From assembly GCA_032718475.1 (NCBI GenBank), contig JAUCBJ010003505.1, positions 1-62,703 of the forward strand: 62,703 bases of DNA, read 5' to 3'. Origin of the DNA: Nemertoderma westbladi (lineage: Eukaryota; Animalia; Xenacoelomorpha). Under the pieces are notes generated by a model. That model saw nothing but the letters and a program-made list of their open reading frames with translations, made no database searches and was not told the DNA's origin. Positions 1 through 10,100 of this stretch are shown in pieces. Positions within the stretch are counted from its first letter, which is position 1, and each line of letters begins with the position of its first letter. The position numbers and the translations under genes are program-made.

Positions 1-235
1 AGAGGTAGAGAGTTAGTAGAGGTAGAGAATTAGTAGAGTTAGAGAGTTAGTAGAGAGAGTTAGTAGAGTTAGTAGAGGTAGAGAGTTAGTAGAGTTAGAG
101 AGTTAGTAGAGTTAGAGAGTTAGTAGAGTTAGAGAGTTAGTAGAGGTAGAGAGTTAGTAGAGTTAGAGAGTTAGTAGAGCTAGTGGAGTTAGTAGAGTTA
201 GCAGTAAGAGAGTAGAGAGCACAATATACCGTAGA
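1..235. repeat. low-complexity tandem repeat of AGAGTTAGT/AGAGGTAG-type units
   Basis: Short purine-rich units are repeated from the window start and decay by ~235. Confidence 0.85.
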
Positions 236-1039
236 AGTAGTAGCTAGAAAGGTAGATAGGATAATAGCACAGAATAGGGGCAAATAGAGATAAAAAAAAA
301 TCAAAAATAAAACTAAGAATATCAGGACCACCCCCGAACTACAGAAGAGCCTTCAAGGTGGCCTTCGGAGGTCTGGTAGACCACCCGGAGCTGAAGGACG
401 AGTCGGTGTAATACAACAGCCGGCATCTAGTAGACAGGGAGGTGGATACACATATCAGAGGTGGGAGAAGTTGGAAGCGGAGAGACTTGAGGAGAAGCGA
501 CTGAGAATGGAAGAAGTCGCTAGACGAGAAAAGCAGGGAGAGACTGAAGCGGGTGAGACCGGGAGTGACGAGTCATATCACCTCCGAGCGGGGGGGGGGG
601 GGGGGTTCGGCCATGAGTAAGTAATTTAAGTTATCGGTGAAATAAAAACACCTAAGGCAACCCGATTGGTAGGCCCTTATTGCTCTGTTTTGCATCACTA
701 TAGCATAGCTAGGCATACGCCGGTATTAGCTCGAAATCGGTAGTTATAGCTCAGTATGACATGCCATGCCATTTTGTATAACTCAGTACGACGTACCTGT
801 TTCTTGGATCTCTAGTGTGCGGCAGGCCTAAGGCACATACGGCAGGTAAATACGTCAGTCAATTTCACAGTCAATCCCAAAAGTTCCATAGGAAACAAAA
901 TAATAATGAAACAAATGTATTGAGGCCCATCCTCCCTCATGGACTGGATACCCCACCCCAGTCAGACAGACAGACAGACAGTAAAGAAGCATAAAGAAAG
1001 GATTCACGATAAGCCATGAGGGAGACATTGTGATTTTCT

Positions 1040-1470
1040 TCTCGTTGTCTAGACTGAAAGATGGATGACCTCTGGAATACTTAAATTATATTTGGGAGAG
1101 ATATTTTAAATTTAGGAAGCACCATGTTTTATCTGAATATAATAGAAATAATAATTTCTGCAAGTCTAGATAGAAACTTTGTCCAACCGGGAAATTAAAA
1201 AAATTTAATCTGAATATTTGTACAATAAAATGAGTGAGAATAAAGATAATCCTATGTCTATGGTATACTCAGAAATATTTAGGTTATAAAAACTGTAAAT
1301 CTAAATCAAATATTGTTCTGAAAGATAATGGAGAGCTGGTTAAAGATCCTACACTAGTTAGTAATTTATTTAATAATTATTTTACTAAGTTGCTTCTAAT
1401 TTAGTTAAGAAGTTATTTTTATCAAGTCATAAATATAGTATAGGGTCCGAAACTGTAATCAAATGGTACG
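1040..1470 (+). mobile_element. degraded LINE (CR1/L2-like) ORF2 fragment
   Basis: Broken frames give 'ERWMTSGILK' and 'KSNIVLKDNGELVKDPTLVSNLFNNYFTK', which resemble the region between endonuclease and RT in CR1/L2-type LINEs. There are many stops and frameshifts. Confidence 0.5.
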
Positions 1471-1776
1471 GAATGATATTAATTAAATAACTGAATTATG
1501 TGGATTACAGTGGATTAAATAGAAAGGCGAGTGTCAGGGGAGAGCGTGCGTGTTAATCTGCAAAGCGTGTCAATAGCTTACAACTATATGGCAAATCAAA
1601 AGCAAAGACGCATCAACCTACCTTGTGTAGTGATCAGCATAACTGAACGGTTGGCGCGGGTTCGATACCCGCTAGTGGCGAATTTGTTGTGCTTTGTGGA
1701 TTTTTTGTGCTCCATTTGTTGTAGAATTTAAATTACTTAATAAATATACTATCTTTTCTTTTCTTTTGGTATTAAA

Positions 1777-2712
1777 ACATATACTACTACTAGGATCGGC
1801 TCGGCATGCTGCATTGCAACTGCATTATATGTATATTACATAATATGTATTATTATAGGACATTTGCTAGATCATCCGCATCTTCAAGGCCAGTGTCCTT
1901 TAAGATGCGTCTCAAGAAAGTCATGGGCTGTCCACCATGCTTATTCACTGCATGAGGCCGCCTAAGCACAAGATTATGCACTGGCTGGTCTTCACGGCGA
2001 AAGCAATGTCCTGCAAAGCGGAGGCGGCTTTGTTATAGTGTCAAGCTTGGGGGAACCAATGAGACACCTCCAATGTTATATAGTGTCTGGTTGGCGATGT
2101 GTGCATTGTACTTGACACAATGAACCCGCCGTAGCATTCTTGTGAATGTTCCATCCAGAGATTTGGTGTCCTCAGCAGTTAGAACCAAGCATGAACTCCC
2201 ATAGTACTGGAACTACTGCTGTTCTAATAATCGGACCTTAAGATTCCGATGAATTCTATGTGACTTCAAAATCCTCGAAAGCCCATTCAAGTCTGCCCCC
2301 GCCTTTCCCTTCCATATTCGACGAAGGTCCGCACCTGACTTCCGCATCCATGATCCCAGATAACAGAATTCATCCACATGCTCAAGCATACCATCCTTTG
2401 AGCTTATGCTCATCGGTCAGAGACTTGCTGAGGATTTTCAAAGTTAACTGTCAAAATTTTGGTCTTTTTGGAGATAATAAAAAGACCAACACTAGAAGCA
2501 GCCTTTTCTAGTGAGCTGAGGAGCCTTTGGGCTAGTGATTCTGAGAATACTAAGTCATCATCAAAGTCTAGATCACAGATCTAGATCAGTCTAGGATTTC
2601 CCCGATTTCTGGAGCCAGTTCATTACCATCACCCCATCATCATTATGATGATCTAAGGACATGCGTAGAACATATTCAACCACAATTATGAACACGAATG
2701 GCGCAAGTGTGC
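1777..2712 (-). mobile_element. degraded RTE-like non-LTR retrotransposon, 3' part
   Basis: Minus-strand peptides include TLAPFVFIIVVEYVLR, LDFDDDL, LEHVDEFCYLGSW and LDGTFTRMLRRV, followed by a (TAG)n-like tail. It is clearly homologous to the + strand copy at ~48940-49975. Confidence 0.8.
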
Positions 2713-3062
2713 CAAAAAACATATAAACAGTACTACAACAGTAAGTACTTATATATTGCAATTACGTTTTATGAATTGTACTGTACTACATAATTCACTC
2801 TTTATCGGAGTATTGTCACCCTCTCGGTAAAGTTGGACGTAGAATAATTGCATTTTATATTGATTTTTAGTTAGCGTAGTGTAATTGTGTAATATTGTAT
2901 TTGTAACCCAGTAATAGAAAAGACCCCTGACCCTGAGATATAAAGTAACATATTGAATTTTGATTGATTCGAAAGTCTCCCACCCCATTATATCTGTATA
3001 AATCAGTGTTTTTCTTCATCAGTAACTTTATTGGCGGTTTTGTTTACTTGTTTCTTCTCCAG

Positions 3063-4657
3063 GAGAGTTCCGTTGTGCAACGGGTTCGGGCCGCTAGTCA
3101 ATCCAGCCAATCGAAAGAGCCGAGAACCGGTGGAGTCTCCTACGAATTAGTTCAGTTGGAACAGAAGGACGATAGTGAAACAGATACTGCAGATATGCAG
3201 GTTGGTGTCTCTCTAACTGCGAACAGCTTTGTGTCTAACTAAGTTGGAGAAGATACCGTACACAACCTATCCAGGGCGCTGTAGGCCCAATGCTATTCAT
3301 GGTCAACTATTTTCGTGTTTATCTCGGTTATTATGTTATATATCTCTGTTATTATGGTTTTGTGCTTTTAGCAAGTTCTGGCAGATGAAGAATTACAATT
3401 GCAACAATTACACGAAAGAGAGGGTCAGTTACGCCAGTTGGAGTCCGACATTGTGGATTGCAACCAGATATTCAAAGATATCGCCACTATGGTGCACGAG
3501 CAGGGTTAGTGTCATCGTTGTTCACTTAATGAGTTCCACTTAGAAATAAAAAAAACATATATTTTCTATGGAGCCCCTTTATAAGACCTTTTAGGGGCTC
3601 CATTATATATGAACGAATGTATGAACTTCCCCGCTAATATGTCTATGATACGCAAGCTTTGCTTAACTTCTTAGTAATATCTATTTAGATGACACTTTAA
3701 TGACAATTAAATAACTGCTGAGAATGGTCACCCTGTTTCTATGGAAACGGTTAACGTTGAAACATTCTCTGGAATCATTGTACTAACCAAGTTTTATTTT
3801 GGGAATTCAGTGGTAAGGGCTCAGCTGTAGTGTGATGCTAGATCTCATACTGGGCTATGCCATGCCGTGGCAATGTAGGTTTTACAGGGCACTAAGTCTG
3901 AAACTTAGCCACAACAAGGCTATGATCGCAGCATTGTACGGATCTCCTGCATCTCTTACGAAACAGAACGTGGTCTGCCTGGGTCCAATTGGAGTCGTCA
4001 GCTTTCCAGTTCGCTTCTTGAACTGGATCCCAGCCGAGACATCACAATCCATATCCAGAGATGGAATCGTGGAGATGGACAGAATTTCGGTTGACACTAT
4101 CGCTGTAGACCCATGAGGATCGAAGGAGACAAACATCACTAAAGTCACCCAAGAAAGATAAAACTCATCCACTCCATCAATAGCCGCTTGTAGTTTGTTG
4201 TAGAAATTTTCCACCTCCTCTACAGGGGCAACACTAGTTGGAGAGTAGCACACAATCAGAACCACCTTAGGAAACTTCTTAGCCAGTCTTCCAGAACATG
4301 AGAAGTGGCAACGGATGATGCGGTTGTTATGTTGCTAGGGATATTATAAACTAAAACGTTTAGTTAAACATTGAAAACACCACCTTGACATCATATTCTA
4401 TAAATAACAACGCAACATCATTCCGGAATTCAGACATGTTATTCGCATTTAATATTATGATTGCAGGTGATATGGTTGACTCTATTGAAGGGAACGTTGA
4501 GACAGCGGCTGTGCGAGTGGAGGAAGGTAACAAACAACTTCGAAGTGCTCGGAAGTACCAAGTCAAGAGTCGCAAAAAGCTGTGTATACTAATAGTGGTA
4601 CTCGTTATCATTGTGGGCGTCCTCGCCATTATAATTTGGCAGGCTACTTCTGGTTAG
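3063..4657 (+). CDS. syntaxin-7/12-like Qa-SNARE, last three coding exons; 5' exons not identified
   Basis: join(3063..3200,3372..3504,4467..4657) with GT-AG boundaries and consistent phase. It encodes the SNARE motif [42 protein letters not shown] and a C-terminal TM helix. AATAAA is at ~4958. Confidence 0.9.
3700..4330 (-). mobile_element. degraded RTE-like AP-endonuclease fragment in the last syntaxin intron
   Basis: The peptides VLIVCYSPTSVAPVEEVENFYNKLQAAID and FKKRTGKLTT resemble an RTE endonuclease. The frame is disrupted. Confidence 0.65.
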
Positions 4658-5642
4658 ATCGCCATCCCTAAACGTGGTGTATCAGCTTCATTCGCTAGAT
4701 GACTTCTTCGTAACCACAACAACAATAAACAGAGGTCGGTTGCCATTAAACCTTAATGACATTCCTGCACTACATCATTTGAATGACTCCCTCCCTACAA
4801 CTAATTACTCTGGGGCCGTAAGAAAGTCTAATTAATTAGTTTGTAGAATAAAGAAACATTTTGCTAATTATTCAAATTAGCCCATTTCTAGATATATAAT
4901 TTTTCTAATGTTTAATTATTTAATTATTGTATTTAATTTTTGCTTTTGTTATCTGCCAATAAAACATTCATTATAATGTTTTTTGGCCGTAGATTTTGGA
5001 TTAATTAGTACATTTTTATTATACATATTTACATTCATATTCATTTCTATTCATATAATATAATATTGCTGGTGAGTCTCGATTTTCTTTGTGAGATGAA
5101 TGTCATTTAGTGTTTTTTTTTTTTCAAAAACAATTTCCTATAAGCGTTTGAAACACATTATACAACCACTAATTCAGTGCAGTGCTTATTCTAGTACGTA
5201 TATATCTTTATTAAAGCAGTCTTAATCAAAAACAAACATTTCCGTGTGTGGAAAAACTGGACTGAGGTTTCTGTGCTCGTGTTCCCAGCGTTCTACTATG
5301 TGATGGTCATTGGCTACGGAATTAGGTTTAGGTTATCGTCAATTAGTCGTCTTTGTGTGCGATAAATATCACGCATTGTTATAGTATCTCATTGTATTAC
5401 AAATTACATTTTTATATTAACGACGCGTTGTTGTGTACTGCGTTATAACTTTAGAGGACAAAGTATCACTTTATAACTTTACATTTATATTTACTAAGTA
5501 ATGTAGTTTTCACAGCTTTCGACAAGCAACTTTACAAAGAAACTCAACCTGAAACTTTAAATATCTTGAATGGTTATCAAACAAATCCTTTTTATTGTTA
5601 TTTATTAATAAATTTAATTACTTGAACACCAACTAGCATATT

Positions 5643-6080
5643 GTACTGGTACTGGTACTGGTACTGGTACTGGTACTGGTACTGGTACTGGTACTGGTAC
5701 TGGTACTGGTACTGGTACTGGTACTGGTACTGGTACTGGTACTGGTACTGGTACTGGTACTGGTACTGGTACTGGTACTGGTACTGGTACTGGTACTGGT
5801 ACTGGTACTGGTACTGGTACTGGTACTGGTACTGGTACTGGTACTGGTACTGGTACTGGTACTGGTACTGGTACTGGTACTGGTACTGGTACTGGTACTG
5901 GTACTGGTACTGGTACTGGTACTGGTACTGGTACTGGTACTGGTACTGGTACTGGTACTGGTACTGGTACTGGTACTGGTACTGGTACTGGTACTGGTAC
6001 TGGTACTGGTACTGGTACTGGTACTGGTACTGGTACTGGTACTGGTACTGGTACTGGTACTGGTACTGGTACTGGTACTG
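5643..6080. repeat. (GTACTG)n microsatellite, ~73 perfect units
   Basis: Directly visible. It abuts the 5' end of the retrotransposon. Confidence 0.99.
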
Positions 6081-6220
6081 ACTTACACGAAGTACTTACT
6101 ATGTAGTGCTAAATACTTACACCAATTAATTGGATATCTGCAGTACTACAGTACTGCTGACAGCATACATCTTGGTGAGTACACTGTACAGCCTATAGCC
6201 TACCTAACTTTTACTGCAGT

Positions 6221-7126
6221 ATGCCTAATAATGGCGGTTCAGTGGTGGTTTGTTGTGGATGTAATGCCAGATCCGGACGTTGTGTGAAATGTAAGTGCGT
6301 CGGATATGGACGACACTGTACCAATTGTGGACCTATAAAAAGTGGGAATTGCAATAATACGGGAACTCAGTTCTCGACGCTCCGAGGATCGTCACAACCA
6401 CTTCCTGACCCAAATCCGGCTCCAGCCGCGGTATCCCTATCCTCATCTCAACCAACAGCAGACACTGATACCCAAGGCCTACCCTCAGATTTGGATGAGA
6501 CTTTACAGGATCTGGATGGGACCCTAGTCCCAGAAGATGGAGACTCGCTTCCTGCGGCCAGTTGGCCCCAGCTGGTGGTCCCAACCCCGGCAGCAGACGC
6601 CACCACTTCTGGGGCATCTGTCGCGGGCGCCGGTCCGCCCGGAGCGCCTGTCGTGGGCGCCGGTTCACCCGGAGCGCCTGTCGTGGGCGCCGGTTCGCCC
6701 GGAGCGCCTGCCGTAGGCGCCGGTTCGCCCGGAGCGCCTGTCGTTGGCGCCGGTCCGCCCGGAGCGCCTGTCGTTGGCGCCGGTTCGCCCGGAGCGCCTG
6801 CCGTTGGCGTCAGTTCGCCCGGAGCGCCTGTCGTTGGCGCCGGTTCGCCCGGAGCGCCTGTCGTTGGCGCCGGTTCGCGCGGAGCGCCTGTCGTTGGCGC
6901 CGGTTCGCCCGGAGCGCCTGCCGTTGGCGCCGGTTCGCCCAGAGCGCCAGTCGTTGGCGCCGGTTCGCCCGGAGCGCCTGTCGTCGGCGCCGGTTCGCCC
7001 GGCTGCCCGGAGCGCCTGTCGTCGGCGTTGGTTCGCCCAGAGCGCCCGTCGAACTGCCTGGTACTGAACTACCCAGTTTTCATCCCGCTAGCCTGGAGTT
7101 TAACTGGAATGGGATCCCTGGGGTAA
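6221..7126 (+). CDS. retrotransposon N-terminal frame: Cys-rich zinc-finger-like region plus GAPVVGAGSP repeats; probably the real start of the RT ORF
   Basis: ATG at 6221 and the motif CCGC..CVKCKC..HCTNC. An extra 8 nt (7001..7008) inside the 30-bp repeat shifts this frame away from the RT frame. Confidence 0.7.
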   Translation: MPNNGGSVVVCCGCNARSGRCVKCKCVGYGRHCTNCGPIKSGNCNNTGTQFSTLRGSSQPLPDPNPAPAAVSLSSSQPTADTDTQGLPSDLDETLQDLDGTLVPEDGDSLPAASWPQLVVPTPAADATTSGASVAGAGPPGAPVVGAGSPGAPVVGAGSPGAPAVGAGSPGAPVVGAGPPGAPVVGAGSPGAPAVGVSSPGAPVVGAGSPGAPVVGAGSRGAPVVGAGSPGAPAVGAGSPRAPVVGAGSPGAPVVGAGSPGCPERLSSALVRPERPSNCLVLNYPVFIPLAWSLTGMGSLG

Positions 7127-10100
7127 CATTTGAACGTCGCCTACAAACTGCATACGACGAAGTGGTTCACTGGGGAGCCAACTTGTTTGAGGTTCCTCGT
7201 ACTCAAGTCGGTCGTCAATACATATGTATGATAACAAAACTCCTGAAAGCGTTTGGCGAAAAGTCCAACATGGAAGGTGTGGCTTTGTTAGCCGTTATGG
7301 TGGCCCCGAAACTTCTGTTGCAGGCCGCCGTCAAACCTTCAGAAGGCTATGGGGCTTCTGCCAGTATTAGCCAAACCCTTAGGAGGAGACTTGAACTATG
7401 GGAAACCGGCGACATTTCAGCTCTAGTTGAGGAAGGGAGAGCGATCCAGGTCCGAAGAACTAAACCCGTTCCTCGAACTGATGCTGATAAACCACGCCGA
7501 GATTTTGTGTCCAGGATGAATACCGGCAGAATTGCTGCGGCTATGGACGTTTTAACTAATGGTAAAGGCGGTTCGCCTATGGGATTAAATGAAATGGTCG
7601 GGGATAAAACCGTCAAAGAGATATTACGGGAGAAACATCCTCCTGCAGGTCCAGTCGATCCTTCACTAATCGAAGACACATGGGCGGAATCCCTAATCTT
7701 CCACCCTGTAGTCTTTGAAGGGATAAAGGGCGAGGCCATCCTTTCTGCGGCGCTACATACCCATGGATCACCCGGGCCTTCGGGCCTGGATGCCGATGGT
7801 TGGCGGCGGATACTGACAGCCTTCGGCAACACATCAAACGATTTAAGAAACGCCGTGGCGGTAGTGGCGAGGAGACTCGCTACCGAGTATATCGATCCCC
7901 GGAGTGCGATCGCGTTTAACGCGTGCAGACTCGTACCGATCGATAAATCACCTGGTGTTCGGCCCATCGGCGTGGGTGAAGTGCTCCGGCGAATAATAGG
8001 TAAAGCGATAATGAGTTATGCTAAGGTTGACCTCGAGAGGATAGCCGGTAATACTCAGTTATGTGTGGGACAGATGGGAGGTACCGAACACGCTATACAC
8101 TCCTTACGGGAGAAATATGAATCCCCGGAATGTGAAGGAATACTACTGATGGACGCCTCAAACGCATTTAACGCCCTAAATAGAAAGTTAACCCTGCTAA
8201 ACGCGCACCACATATGTCCCATACTATCCGTGATCCTTACAAATACATACCGGGAACCAACCCCGTTATTTGTCGACAACGAGGTTATGTGGTCCAAGGA
8301 GGGCTCCACACAAGGGGATCCTATCGGTCTGGCGATGTATGGAGTGGGAACCCTACCAATGATAAGGAAGCTGGGACTTCTGGCGATTGAACCAGATCCT
8401 ACAAGTGGTACGGCTCTTCCCGACGGGTCTGTGGTGGGTCTGTCTCCTCCCGACGGGTCTGTGGTGGGTCCGTCTCCTCCCGACGGGTCTGTGGTGGGTC
8501 TGTCTCCCCCCGACGGGTCTGTGGTGGGTCTGTCTCCTCCCGACGAGTCTCTGGTGGGTCTGTCTCCCCCCGACGGGTCTTTGGCGGGTCTGTCTCCTCC
8601 CGACGGGTCTGTGGTAGGTCTGTCTCCTCCCGACGGGTCTGTGGTGGGTCAGTCTCCTCCCGACGGGTCCGTGGTGGGTCTGTCTCCTCCCGACGGGTCT
8701 GTGGTGGGTCTGTCTCCTCCCGACGGGTCTAAGGTGGCTGACGAGTCTGTGTTAGGTCTGTCCCGTCCTGACGGGTCTATGGAGGGTCTGTCTCCTCCTC
8801 CCGACGGGTCTGTGGTGGGTCCGTCTCCTCCTCCACCCGACGGGTCTGTGGTGGGTCTGTCTCCACCCGACGGGTCTAAGGTGGCCGAGGGGTCTGGTTT
8901 AGGTCTGTCCCCTCCTGACGGGTCTAAGGTGGGTCTGTCTCCTCCTCCCGACGGGTCTGTGGTGGGTCCGTCTCCTCCTCCACCCGACGGGTCTGTGGTG
9001 GGTCTGTCTCCTCCTCCCGACGGGTTTGTGGCGGGTCCGTCTCCTCCTCCCGACGGGTCTGTGGTGGGTCAGTCTCCTCCTCCACCCGACGGGTCTGTGG
9101 TGGGTCAGTCTCCTCCTCCTCCCGACGGGTCTGTGGTGGGTCTGTCTCCTCCTCCACCCGACGGGTCTGTGGTGGGTCTGTCTCCTCCTCCAGCCGACGG
9201 GTCTGTGGTGGGTCTGGCTCCTCCTCCAGCCGACGGGTCCGTGGTGGGTCTGTCCCTACCTCCAGCCGACGGGCCTGTGGTGGGTCTGTCCCTTCCTCCA
9301 GCCGGCGGGTCTGTGATGGGTCTGTCTCATCCCCCAGCCGACGGGTCCGTGGGGGGTCTGTCCCTTCGTCCGGCCGACGGGCCTGTGGCGGGTCTGTCTC
9401 CTCCTTCAGCCGACGGGTCCGTGGTGGGTCTGTCCCTTCCTCCAGCCGACGGGTCTGTGGTGGGTCTGTCTCCTCCTCCAGCCGACGGGTCCGTGGTGGG
9501 TCTGTCCCTTCCTCCTGCCGACGGGTCTGTGGTGGGTCTGTCTCCTCCTCCACCCGACGGGTCTGTGGTGGGTCTGTCTCCTCCTCCAGCCGACGGGTCT
9601 GTGGTGGGTCTGTCTCCCCCTCCAGCCGACGGGTCCGTGGTGGGTCTGTCCCTTCCTCCAGCCGACGGGTCTGTGGTGGGTCTGTCTCCTCCTCAAGCTG
9701 ACGGGTCTGTGGCGGGTCCGTCTCCTCCTTCAGCCGACGGGCCTGCCAACCACCCTAGCGAGCCTTCAATCACACAAAAATGGTTTGCAGATGATGGAAA
9801 TGTAGCGGGTCGCCTCCGCCGTTTAAGAGCCTACTGGGAGAAGGTAAATATGATTGGCCCAGGGTATGGGTATTTCCCCAATGCCAAAAAGTCTGTCCTT
9901 ATAGTTAAAGACGAACATCGGGCCATAGCTGAGGATATATTCGCTGGGACTGGGGTCCAACTAACCGATGGCTACAGGGTATTGGGTTCGGTGATAGGTT
10001 CTCCCCGGGCATGCGAAACGTTCCTCACAGAACGCGTTGAACAACTCATAGACCAGCTGACCAGGTTGAAGGAGTTTGCTGTTACGGCCCCACACCCCGC

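Noticed and set aside
310-620. Possible Gypsy pol end plus polypurine tract (YHLR followed by a G-run)
   Set aside because: I found no recognisable integrase motifs or paired LTR, and G/C homopolymer runs are common across the window.
5643-6080. Possible telomeric repeat array
   Set aside because: It is internal, continues on the other side of the retroelement, and does not resemble TTAGGG-type animal telomere repeats.
5641-6081. 146-aa (WY)n ORF
   Set aside because: It is just the translation of the GTACTG microsatellite.
6562-7008. Arg-rich RRRFARSAC N-terminus of the 1577-aa ORF
   Set aside because: It is probably the off-frame reading of the GAPVVGAGSP repeat upstream of the 8-nt insertion, and it has no ATG start.
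7347-9696. Antisense and alternate-frame ORFs within the retrotransposon
   Set aside because: They are shadow ORFs of GC-rich coding sequence and repeats, with no independent motifs.
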